IMG/VR virus record: IMGVR_UViG_3300031949_000065
Location: 1-47,567 of that record
DNA from: a virus
Taxonomy: Duplodnaviria > Caudoviricetes
DNA length: 47,567 bases
Direction: 5' to 3' (one strand)
Below, one piece after another: positions 1 through 8,802 of the stretch. Position 1 is the first letter of the stretch. The number at the start of each line of letters is the position of its first letter. Under the pieces are notes generated by a model, which was given only the letters and a program-made list of their open reading frames with translations, did not search any database and had not been told where the DNA came from. The position numbers and the translations under genes are program-made.

Positions 1-149
1 TGGCCGTGGTGTTGCCAAAGATTGTAGTGCCGGTCGATTGAGCCTCGATCGTCACCTTGTCTCCGGCGGCCGGAGTGATTTCGATGGTCGGGCTCCAGTG
101 AACCCCTGCCGGACTCACCGTATCGCCGAGGAAGGTTGCGGAGCGGAAG
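1..149. repeat. Terminal direct repeat / circular assembly overlap, left copy
   Basis: Identical to 47419-47567 except T23 vs C47441; lies inside a CDS that is in frame across the join. Confidence 0.95.
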
Positions 150-2041
150 ACCACAGCATCCCCCAACCCGCCCGCCGCCCCGACGTGGATCTGGAAAAAG
201 ATGGTGTTGGCGGGACCGGCAGTGATGATGACGGCTTCGATGGTCGGCCGGACGATAAACTTCCGAACCCCATTCCCGCCAACGCCAGGAAGCGCGATTC
301 CCGTCAGGCCAGCAATGGCGATGGTGCCAGCGGCCTCATCCCCCCCGGTCTTCTGCGAATAGCTCCTCTCGAGGAAGGGATGGTTCCCAGAGATCCGCGA
401 GCTCGTGCCGGCATCGGCGATGGCCGTCGTCACGGAGTCGAAGTCGTTCTCTTCGACCACGGTGTCCACGGCACCGGCGAGGATCGAATAGCCGGTCGTC
501 CCGTCGCGGTGGACGTTGCCCTTGAAGACGTTCTGCTCGGCGCCCGACTGGACCTGCACGTGAGTCGTGCCGCCCTCGATGTGGCAGTCCTGGAAGATGT
601 TTTCGTCGCCGATCACGTCGATGCCGGTGGTGCAATCGCGGAGGTGGCAGTCCTTGAAGCTGTTGCGCCTCCCGTCGCCTTCGACCCGGAGCCCAGCGGC
701 CGCGCCGCGCACATGGACACCGATGAAGAGGTTCCGATCGGCGATCTCGCCTCCAAGCGTCGCGTCCACGATGGCGCCGCGGCTCGAGGTTCCGGTCAAA
801 AAGACGACGCCGGGCCCGATCGCGTTGTGCTCGCCGCCGATGTCGAGGCCGCGAACCTGCTCACCGCTGCCTCGAGCGACGAAGGCGGAGAGGGTCGAGA
901 ATCGCCCGTGCTTCGAGCTCGCGGCGATCTTCTGCTCGCCCCAGAAGCCGCGCTGAATGCTGGGGGCGGCGCGATTCAGGTCGATCGACTGGACACCCAC
1001 GATCTCGACCTGGCCGGCCCACTTCACCCCGCTGCCGTCATTGTCGTAGGCGCCAGGGTTCGAGACCGTACCGGGCCCGATGTAGATGCGGGCGTTCTGG
1101 GTGATGTCGTCCTCGACGTTGACGCCGTGGCGGCCAGGAGCGTCCATGAAGAAGCGGCTCACGTGGATGTCGGTGTTGCGCGTCGTCGAGTTGAAGATCC
1201 GCACGCCGTCGCGCCTGGCGTCGAGCACGCGGATCTGGTCAATCACGATCTCGGTGCAGCCGTCTCCGACCGAGATGCCCTCGGAGCCCGTGGCGTTGTT
1301 CGCCCCGTTGGCGTTGAGAGTGATCCCGATGATCGAGGCGCGCGTGGTGCTGCTCGGGAAGCTGATCGCGATGGCGTTGACCGTGTTGTTCAACGAGAGC
1401 CGCGTCCCCCACCAGCTCCCTCCGAACAGCGCGACGTTGCTCTTCATCGTGAGGGTCGCGTCGAGCGGATAGTTGGCGTGGTGGGCGAGAACCGTTCCTC
1501 CGCCGGCGGCGTTGGCAGCGTCGATCGCAGCCTGGAGCGCGACGCGCGTGGCCGCGGCCGGCAGGTAGAAGCCCGTCACCGTCAAGGAGAGAAACGCCTC
1601 CTTGCCCAGCGTGCTCGCGATGTGCTCGAGGATGTCCGTGAGGCCCGGCGGGACCTCTGTGTGCCCGGTGTACGTGTCGAGGGTCACGTCGGTATTCGGC
1701 GTCGAGAAGGCGGCCGAGACCACGTGCGCGTAGACCGGATCGGGCGCTCCGCCGATCATCTTCACCCGGCGTCCGACCGGGAAGTAGGCGGTCATGTTGG
1801 TCCCGCCACCGATGCGGACCACGTTGGCCGAGAGCTTCGAGACGGTGAGCGCAGCCCCGGCAGAATCCCGCATGAGGCGCAGGTATTCGGGATCGTCGTA
1901 CCACTGGCGCATGGCGCGCAGGTTCTCGCGCGAGGCGTTGTTCACGTCCGAGCGGTTCATCAGCTCGGGCCAGCCGCCATCGACAGGCGGGAAGTTGTTC
2001 AGCGCCGCCGTCTTGCTCCACTGGTAGACCTCGCGGGCCAT
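1..2041 (-). CDS. Tailspike / beta-helix receptor-binding protein, about 693 aa, spanning the origin (continues to stop at 47378)
   Basis: Absent from ORF track because it wraps. ATG at 2041 reads MAREVYQWSKTAALNNFPP...; contains ALQAAIDAANAAGGGTV, typical of a pectate-lyase-like beta-helix start, then N/G/I/V-rich repeats; 2082 nt in frame across the junction. Confidence 0.85.
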   Translation of the reverse strand, partial: MAREVYQWSKTAALNNFPPVDGGWPELMNRSDVNNASRENLRAMRQWYDDPEYLRLMRDSAGAALTVSKLSANVVRIGGGTNMTAYFPVGRRVKMIGGAPDPVYAHVVSAAFSTPNTDVTLDTYTGHTEVPPGLTDILEHIASTLGKEAFLSLTVTGFYLPAAATRVALQAAIDAANAAGGGTVLAHHANYPLDATLTMKSNVALFGGSWWGTRLSLNNTVNAIAISFPSSTTRASIIGITLNANGANNATGSEGISVGDGCTEIVIDQIRVLDARRDGVRIFNSTTRNTDIHVSRFFMDAPGRHGVNVEDDITQNARIYIGPGTVSNPGAYDNDGSGVKWAGQVEIVGVQSIDLNRAAPSIQRGFWGEQKIAASSKHGRFSTLSAFVARGSGEQVRGLDIGGEHNAIGPGVVFLTGTSSRGAIVDATLGGEIADRNLFIGVHVRGAAAGLRVEGDGRRNSFKDCHLRDCTTGIDVIGDENIFQDCHIEGGTTHVQVQSGAEQNVFKGNVHRDGTTGYSILAGAVDTVVEENDFDSVTTAIADAGTSSRISGNHPFLERSYSQKTGGDEAAGTIAIAGLTGIALPGVGGNGVRKFIVRPTIEAVIITAGPANTIFFQIHVGAAGGLGDAVVFRSATFLGDTVSPAGVHWSPTIEITPAAGDKVTIEAQSTGTTIFGNTTA

Positions 2042-5000
2042 CTACTTCCCTTCCGCCTGCTTGAGAGCTTCCCGGTACTTTCGCGAGGAGTATTCGTTGA
2101 TCCGCGTCTGGATCTTGGTCCGCTCTCGGATCAGCTCTCGAATCCGGTCGCGCTTCTCGCGCGGCGCGAAGTCGGTCGCCACCTGGCCGCGCTCGATCCT
2201 GGCGATGGCCTTGTTGATCTTCTGCACGGCCACGTTCGCTCGATCGTAGGGGACCGCCAGCATCGCCATCGCGCGCTGCTCGGGGTCGGCTCTGACCTCC
2301 CGAAGCAGCGCGATGTCGCCTTCCTTCTCGAGCGCGCGATGGGCGCCGCGGACCTCGCCGAAGAGCTCGAGGCGCCGATAGAACTCGTCCACGTTCCGAT
2401 TGCGCGGCTCCGCGCGGTGGAAACGGCGCGTGAGGACCCGGTACGGCTGCGCCTGGGCCGGCCCCTCGGGATCGAGCCACATCCGGTCGATGGCGTCGGC
2501 TCCGTACATGACGATCTCGCCGAACATGCCCCGCAGCAGGGCCTCGGCCCGCGCCGGCGAGCGCAGGAAGTCGGGGACGTTCGGATAGTCGCGCAGCAGC
2601 TCCCCGTATCGCTTGAAGACCTCCGGCTGGCTCGCACGCGCCTGCTTCCAGGCGTCCACGTTGCGAAGCTCCATCGGCACGATCGGAGAGCCGGTGAAGA
2701 GCACCCGGTTCGCAAACTGCTCGACGGCGATGTCGAGACCGGCCGGCATCGGCAGCGGGAAGCCCTCGGTCCCCATGTGCATCCCGAAGTTGGCCGCCGC
2801 GAGCTCGAGCGCGTGTTGAAACAGGCCCTTCGTGATCGGGTCGGGATCATCGAGCCCAAAGGTCCACATGCGGTCGAGGAGCGCCATCGCCGAGCCGGCC
2901 TCGAATGGGCGCGGGTAGTAGAAGCGGTGGAACTTGTCCTCCGGGAACTTCGGGTTCCACTGCCCCGTCAGCTCCCGGGGGATCGGGATGCGCCAGTAGG
3001 CGTCCTTCATCCACTCGGGCTCGTTCTTATAGCCCTCGGGGTCAACCTGGCGGTTGTAGGCGTAGAGCGCCGTCGAGGCGCCGGCCATGATCCCGAGCTT
3101 CATCAGCGTGTGGAGCTTCGAGTGCGGGTCGCGCGCGACGCCCCGGTAGAAGCGGTCGGCACCCGCGATCATCGCGCCGAAGAAGGGGATCGTGTTCGTG
3201 AGCGCCTGGACGACTCCGTTCGCGCCGCGCAGCGAGAAGTCCGTGCTCACCTCTCGCATTCCGAAGGAGGATTCCATCGCCCCTGCGCCCTTGGCCCTGG
3301 CGCGGTTGAACTCGGCCAGGCGCGGGCCCTCTTCGACCATCCGACCGAACGCCTGGAGCATGTGGTAGAGCTCGCGAGGACTCGCCATGACCACGTAGCC
3401 GCGCGGGTCGTGGTTCTGCCTCTGGGCGTGGGATACGAGCTGGCCCTTGGTGTATTCGATGCCTCCGCCGCGCAGCGTGGCGGCCCCACCGCCATTGGCG
3501 ATCGCCAGCCGGTAGCTCGGGTCCTCGAAGACGCGCTGCTTCATCGCCTGGACCGCGGCGGTCAAATGCCGCCCGCCGTGGCGGCGCATCACGTAGGACA
3601 TGAGGATGTCCTTCGCGAAGTTGGCCGCGGTGAAGGACGGGTCGATCGTGATGGCCTCCTGGCGCACGCGCCGGATCGCGTTGAAGAACTTCATCGGCAT
3701 CCCGAGCTCGGGATTGCGCATCGCCTGGAGCGCGCGGACGAGCTGCTCGTCGCGCACCCGGTAGTATTCGGGCTTCCCGTCGCGCAGCACGGTCATCACG
3801 TTTTCGCCGTGAGGCTTGTCGGCGCCGAGGAAGATCGACACGGCGTCCACCATGCCGTGCGTGTTGAACATCTGATCGACCATCGCGCGCGGGATCCTGG
3901 CGCCTCCCATCATCCGCCGGAGCTCGCTCTGGAGGGCATCCTTGATCCGCTCGGTGCCGACCCGGATCATGTCCGCGCCAGCCGGGATCCGCTCGATGAA
4001 GAAGCCGGGGAACCCGTCTTTCCCAACGAGATCCGCCAGCTTGAGGCGCACCTGGTTCTCAAGGCCCGCGAAGATGAGCCGCGAGTAGGTGTTCATCCAG
4101 TTCTCGAAGGGGTCGGCCAGGGGCCGGGTCGAGCCGTAGAGCTTCTGCACGCCCAGCGTCGAGGCGAGCGGATCCGAGGATCCGGCTCCCGACCTGGCGA
4201 GATCGAAGTCGCGGAAGAAGCCGAAGGTGTACTCGGTGTTCCACTTCTCCCAGGCGGCGCGCGTCCCCGGCCCGAGGACCCCGCTGCTCTCCGCGAAGTC
4301 GAGCACGCGGCTGTTCCAGTCCCGCATGTCATCGAAGAGCTCCTCGTAGACCTCGCGCCGCGGCCGCATCTTCCCCTGGCCGGGCACCCGGATCATCTCG
4401 TTGTCGGCCAGGCCGAGCATCGAGTCGATCATCTCGCGCGAGAAGAGCTTCTCGCGGCGCAGCTCGCCGGGCAGGTCCGCCGGTGCCTGCACGAGCTTCC
4501 CGGTGCGCGGGTGGTACGCCTGGCCGTAGAGCTCGTTCGCGCGCCGGCCCGCGAGCCAGAGGAAAGCGCGGTCGAGCTCTTTGTTGGAGCCTGAAACGGG
4601 CGTGAGGATCGCCTCGCCGCTCTTCCCGACGTACTCGATCATCTGGCCGCCCGTGTTCGGGTCGGTCACGTGCTTGGGGACGCCCCACTGCATCATCGAC
4701 TCGATCTGGCGCGAGCGGCCGGCCAGGTTGCGGAGCGCCACGTAGATCCCGTCCGGGAGCATCCCGCCGAAGGTCTTCCGCTCGAAGTTGAGCGCGCCGT
4801 GGAACTTGTCGGCGACGCTTTCTCGGAAGCGGTCCACCCGGTTGTGCAGCACGTTCGTCGCGTCTTTGTCGCGTCCGATCGACCCCTTCGCCGCAGCGGC
4901 GCCGCCCTGCTCGCGGTAGCGGTGCATCTCCTTCTGCGCCTCGAGCATGGCCTGGCGCTCTCGCCTGCCGAGGCCCGCCACCATCGCGTTGAACTTGGAC

Positions 5001-7705
5001 GCGAAGAGAGGAGCCGCGGGGGCGCGGTTCTGCGGCACGATGGTCTGCGTCTTTTGGTCGAAGACGTTGACTACGTGATTCTGCGTCAGCGCCTCCTTCT
5101 GGGTGAACCAGAGGCGCGAGAACTCGGCCATCCCCTCCTCGGTCATCGACCAGTCGTAGGAGACGCGGTGCAGCTCGGCGATGTGGGGGAATCCGTTCTG
5201 CTCGAGGCGGCGCATCACCTCGGCCGGGTCGTGCGTCTTGCCGGGCACCGTCCAGCCGCCGATCCGGTCGTCCCAGGCGAGGCCGGTGGCCGTGCCGATC
5301 GCGGGATCCTTGTGGAGAGCGAGCTCCGGCCTCTTCATTCCGATCGCGTGCATCCACTCGTGGGGAGCGGTCTGGAGGTCGTACCACCGCTTCACGTAGA
5401 GCGCGCCGCGTCCGCCGCCGCCACGCTCGCTCATGCCCGGGAGGTGGCGGAAGTAGCCGAGGAGCGGGCCGCGCTCGCGCATGATCCCGCCCGGGCCGTA
5501 GCTGGTCGGGATGCCGAACACCTTCGCGAGCTTCGCGATCGCGTCGCCCTTCCTCACCACCTTGTCGGGGAGCTGGGTCGAGGGGTGGATGTCGTAGAAG
5601 GGCACGTAGCGGTCGCCCGCTCCCCACCGCTTCTTCTTGCCAGCGCGGATCTCGAGCGCGCGCACGTCCATCGCCTCGCGGCTTTCGACCGGCTCAGGGT
5701 CCCAGCGGTAGAGGTCTTCCCGCGCGTCGAACGCCTGCTGCTGCTCCGGGGTTCGCCGCGGCTCCTCGGGAGTCGAGGGCATCTCGCGATCGACGGCGTG
5801 GTCAGAGATCGGCTCGCCCGACTCGTCGCGCTCGAACCGGATGCCGCGCTTCTCCGGGTCCGGCCTCCACTCGCCGACCCGGCGCAGCGCGTGGCGGTTC
5901 CAGATCGAGAGCTGCGCGGTCGATCCCATGCCGCCCTTCTGGAAGGCGCCGTCGAATCCAGCCGCGCGGAGCTGCGCCACGTCTTCCGGCCCGAGCCCGC
6001 TCTCGACCTCCGCGAAGCGGCCGCGCGCCTCGATCGGGAGCACCTGGGGCTGGCGGCTCGGCGCGATCCCGAGCGGCTCGAGGAACGACGGCTCCCAGAA
6101 GCGGATGTTGTAGGGCTGGTCCGAGAACCCGACCGGAGAGGCGCCGCCGCCGGCGGTCCAGCTATCGAGGTCCCGGTCCATGACCTCCCGCTCTCCCGCG
6201 CTGATGTAGCCCCGCTGGGCGTTCGGGTGGCTCTTGATCGCGGTCGAGAGGAGCATCTTCTGATCGGCGGTGAGCTCGTCCAGGAAGCTCCATTTCCCGC
6301 GCGCGCGCCCGGTCCAGATCATCGGGATCCCGGAGGCGTAGAGCCCCTGGCCGAGCTCCGTCATCCCGCCGCGCCCGCTCTCGGAGAGCTCCTGGTGGCT
6401 GGTCAGCACCTTGTAGAGGGGGGCGGGGTCGTCGGTGACGTGCCACGCCTCGATGTTCCCCGAGGGGAGCACCCTGGCGGAGCCTCCCATGCTCCCCTCC
6501 CTCGGCGTCTCCGGGTCGTGCTCGCCGCGGACCCGCCGCGAGAGATCCTCGGTCAGGCCAGGGCGCGGCGGCCGTTCGATAGCCGATCCCTCGGCCAGGG
6601 CCCGAGCTTCCTCGGCGGGCCCCGGCTTCACCCTCCGATCGACGACGGCCGGCCCTCCCTCATCCAGGAGCTCCCCGGCGTTCGTGGCGCGGATCGGCTG
6701 GCCCCTCGAGTCCGTGGGTCCCTCCACCGCCTTGATCTTCGATCCAGGCCACGCCTCGGAGGCCCTGCGCATCGCGTGGTCCCGGTTCGCCCCGCGCACG
6801 TAGTCGGACTTCACGTCCCCCTCGGGGGTGGTAGCCTCGATCCAGACCCCGAAGGGGTGCGTGTCCCGGCCAGGGATCTCGTCGCCGCGCGCCTCGGACA
6901 CCTGATCGGCGAGATCGCCCTTGGCCTTGTCGAAGGTGGCCCGCTGCGCGGCGCGGAACTTGGTCCCGAGGCCGGGGATGGCCCGCGCGGCGAGCGGGCT
7001 CGGGGACTTGATCCCGGGCATCGCGGCCAGAATCCCCATCGTGGCCGCCTCGATCGCCCGGTCCGCCCCCTGCTGCTCCGAGACGCCACCAGCGGCCACG
7101 CCGAGCACCGCGGCGCGCGTCGCCCGGTGCATGTGCTGGGTGATCGGGAAGAGCGCACCGATCGAGGCGTCGATTGCAGCCCGCTGGACCGCGGGCCCGA
7201 GCCCCTGATCCCTGGCCCCGAGGTAGCCCATGATCCCGAAGCCCACGACCGGGCCGGCCAGCTTCACCGCGGCCGCCGCGGTCCCGAGGCTCACCGGCAG
7301 CGCGCCGATGACCTGGAGCACCTTCTCGGGCACGGTGTCGCCCGCGAGCTCGCCAGCGAGGGTCGCGTTCTTGGCCGCGCGCGCCCGCATCCCCTCGGCC
7401 GAGGTGCGGAAGGCGGCCGCGCCCTCTCCCTTGCCGATCCAGTCGGCGGCCATGTCGAGCGTGTTGGCGAGCAGGTGCTCGGAGCCTGCGACCGAGCCCT
7501 CGAAGCCCGCCATGAGGTTCTTCGCGAGGACGTTCTCGAGCGGCTTGTAGTCGGCCGGCACCCGCTCATCGAGGAAGGACTCCTGCGCGTCCGGCGCCAT
7601 CTCGGCGAACCACGGCGCGCGCTGCGCCAGGAAGGCGCGCTGCTCCTCGCGGCTCTTTCTCCGAAAGTCCGGGTGAGCCGTGACGTGCTCGAAGGGCGTC
7701 GCCAC
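2042..7705 (-). CDS. Large internal virion / ejection polyvalent protein (ART-like, zincin HExxH and LPD38-like C-terminus)
   Basis: 1887 aa, last of three ejection genes; WHVT..LGQGLYAS..AAGFDG motifs; HEWMH..EEGMAE; C-terminal STDFSLRG..IPFF..PRPFE..NRVLFTGSPIVP resembling LPD38. Confidence 0.75.
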   Translation of the reverse strand: MATPFEHVTAHPDFRRKSREEQRAFLAQRAPWFAEMAPDAQESFLDERVPADYKPLENVLAKNLMAGFEGSVAGSEHLLANTLDMAADWIGKGEGAAAFRTSAEGMRARAAKNATLAGELAGDTVPEKVLQVIGALPVSLGTAAAAVKLAGPVVGFGIMGYLGARDQGLGPAVQRAAIDASIGALFPITQHMHRATRAAVLGVAAGGVSEQQGADRAIEAATMGILAAMPGIKSPSPLAARAIPGLGTKFRAAQRATFDKAKGDLADQVSEARGDEIPGRDTHPFGVWIEATTPEGDVKSDYVRGANRDHAMRRASEAWPGSKIKAVEGPTDSRGQPIRATNAGELLDEGGPAVVDRRVKPGPAEEARALAEGSAIERPPRPGLTEDLSRRVRGEHDPETPREGSMGGSARVLPSGNIEAWHVTDDPAPLYKVLTSHQELSESGRGGMTELGQGLYASGIPMIWTGRARGKWSFLDELTADQKMLLSTAIKSHPNAQRGYISAGEREVMDRDLDSWTAGGGASPVGFSDQPYNIRFWEPSFLEPLGIAPSRQPQVLPIEARGRFAEVESGLGPEDVAQLRAAGFDGAFQKGGMGSTAQLSIWNRHALRRVGEWRPDPEKRGIRFERDESGEPISDHAVDREMPSTPEEPRRTPEQQQAFDAREDLYRWDPEPVESREAMDVRALEIRAGKKKRWGAGDRYVPFYDIHPSTQLPDKVVRKGDAIAKLAKVFGIPTSYGPGGIMRERGPLLGYFRHLPGMSERGGGGRGALYVKRWYDLQTAPHEWMHAIGMKRPELALHKDPAIGTATGLAWDDRIGGWTVPGKTHDPAEVMRRLEQNGFPHIAELHRVSYDWSMTEEGMAEFSRLWFTQKEALTQNHVVNVFDQKTQTIVPQNRAPAAPLFASKFNAMVAGLGRRERQAMLEAQKEMHRYREQGGAAAAKGSIGRDKDATNVLHNRVDRFRESVADKFHGALNFERKTFGGMLPDGIYVALRNLAGRSRQIESMMQWGVPKHVTDPNTGGQMIEYVGKSGEAILTPVSGSNKELDRAFLWLAGRRANELYGQAYHPRTGKLVQAPADLPGELRREKLFSREMIDSMLGLADNEMIRVPGQGKMRPRREVYEELFDDMRDWNSRVLDFAESSGVLGPGTRAAWEKWNTEYTFGFFRDFDLARSGAGSSDPLASTLGVQKLYGSTRPLADPFENWMNTYSRLIFAGLENQVRLKLADLVGKDGFPGFFIERIPAGADMIRVGTERIKDALQSELRRMMGGARIPRAMVDQMFNTHGMVDAVSIFLGADKPHGENVMTVLRDGKPEYYRVRDEQLVRALQAMRNPELGMPMKFFNAIRRVRQEAITIDPSFTAANFAKDILMSYVMRRHGGRHLTAAVQAMKQRVFEDPSYRLAIANGGGAATLRGGGIEYTKGQLVSHAQRQNHDPRGYVVMASPRELYHMLQAFGRMVEEGPRLAEFNRARAKGAGAMESSFGMREVSTDFSLRGANGVVQALTNTIPFFGAMIAGADRFYRGVARDPHSKLHTLMKLGIMAGASTALYAYNRQVDPEGYKNEPEWMKDAYWRIPIPRELTGQWNPKFPEDKFHRFYYPRPFEAGSAMALLDRMWTFGLDDPDPITKGLFQHALELAAANFGMHMGTEGFPLPMPAGLDIAVEQFANRVLFTGSPIVPMELRNVDAWKQARASQPEVFKRYGELLRDYPNVPDFLRSPARAEALLRGMFGEIVMYGADAIDRMWLDPEGPAQAQPYRVLTRRFHRAEPRNRNVDEFYRRLELFGEVRGAHRALEKEGDIALLREVRADPEQRAMAMLAVPYDRANVAVQKINKAIARIERGQVATDFAPREKRDRIRELIRERTKIQTRINEYSSRKYREALKQAEGK

Positions 7706-7713
7706 CCGCTACC

Positions 7714-8802
7714 TCATCGACGCTGGTACTGATCGCTGCGCTTGGGCCCGCCGGTGCCGGGCCTCGTTCGCCTCGCCTCGGTCCAGAAATCCGAGATGGC
7801 TTCGACAGGCGTGTAGTTGGGCCCGGACGGCGCGGCTCCGAAGCCGCCGCGGCCCATCGGCGTGCTCTGCGCGCCCGGCCCGTACACGGACGAGCCTCCG
7901 AAGAACTGCTCCCCGATCCCGCCCAACGCCTGGGGCACACCTCCGAGCGGCGATTCGATCGGCCCCGTGTCCTCGAGCGGCGGCTGCGGCTTCTCCGGCG
8001 AGGGCAGCGCCTCGGGCGTCCCGGGCATCGTGAAGAAGTTCTGGAGATAGGCCGCGTGCGTCGTGGGGTCCTCGAATTGCATGATCGACTGCGCCTGCTG
8101 GATCCGAGGCAGGATGCTGGGATCCGTTCCCATCTGAGCGTCCTCGCGCGCTTGCGGGCTGAGTCCTTGCCACCACATCCGAGACGCGGTGATGCCGCGG
8201 TCGCGCCGCTGCGCGCTCGGCGGGTACTGATCGGCCCCGCCTCCCTCCTTGTACCGCGAGCGCGGCTCGGCCCCGGGAACCGAGGTGATGTTCCCGTAGG
8301 CGTCGATCAGCGAGGGCATTTCCATCTCCGGCTGGCCGGGCACCGGAGCGTCGTAGGGGTGGACCTTCGGACTGTCGAAGAGGTCGAGAGCTCCCGCGTT
8401 GGGCCCGACGGCGCGCAGCAGGCCGAGCTTCGCCTTGATCTTCGGATCGGTCTCGGTCGCGATCTGCTCGTCGATCAGCCTGTGCCACGACTCCACGCTC
8501 TCCTTCTCGCGTCCGTAGATTTCGCTCTGCCGGTCGAAGATTTGGTTTTCGCGCTGGAACTGCCTCATTCCCATCGCCGTTCCCATGAAGGCGTTGCCCT
8601 GCTCTCGGCCGTGGCTGCCGATGCCGACCCCGATGTCCTTGAACGCCTGGCCGGCGAGCAGGATCTTGTCCTGGGTCGAGAGGCCGGCGAAGAGCGAGCT
8701 GGTGCTCGAAGAGCTGCCGCCTGCCCCCTTGCCTCCGCCCATCCCGCCTCCGCCAGAGGCGCTGCCGCCGGAGCTGCTGGACCCGCCCCCGCTGCCCATC
8801 AC
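7714..8802 (-). CDS. Putative ejection / internal virion protein
   Basis: 362 aa, Gly/Ser-rich N-terminus, position between the other internal virion genes. Confidence 0.6.
   Translation of the reverse strand: MMGSGGGSSSSGGSASGGGGMGGGKGAGGSSSSTSSLFAGLSTQDKILLAGQAFKDIGVGIGSHGREQGNAFMGTAMGMRQFQRENQIFDRQSEIYGREKESVESWHRLIDEQIATETDPKIKAKLGLLRAVGPNAGALDLFDSPKVHPYDAPVPGQPEMEMPSLIDAYGNITSVPGAEPRSRYKEGGGADQYPPSAQRRDRGITASRMWWQGLSPQAREDAQMGTDPSILPRIQQAQSIMQFEDPTTHAAYLQNFFTMPGTPEALPSPEKPQPPLEDTGPIESPLGGVPQALGGIGEQFFGGSSVYGPGAQSTPMGRGGFGAAPSGPNYTPVEAISDFWTEARRTRPGTGGPKRSDQYQRR

Noticed and set aside
1-149. Terminal repeat as a biological DTR
   Set aside because: It falls mid-gene and its length fits an assembler or read overlap
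38-7732. Giant plus-strand ORFs (1518 aa, 1020 aa) and similar ones at 10730-13471 and 13462-15684
   Set aside because: Antisense shadows of GC3-biased minus-strand genes; R/V/G/H-rich, no motifs, no RBS
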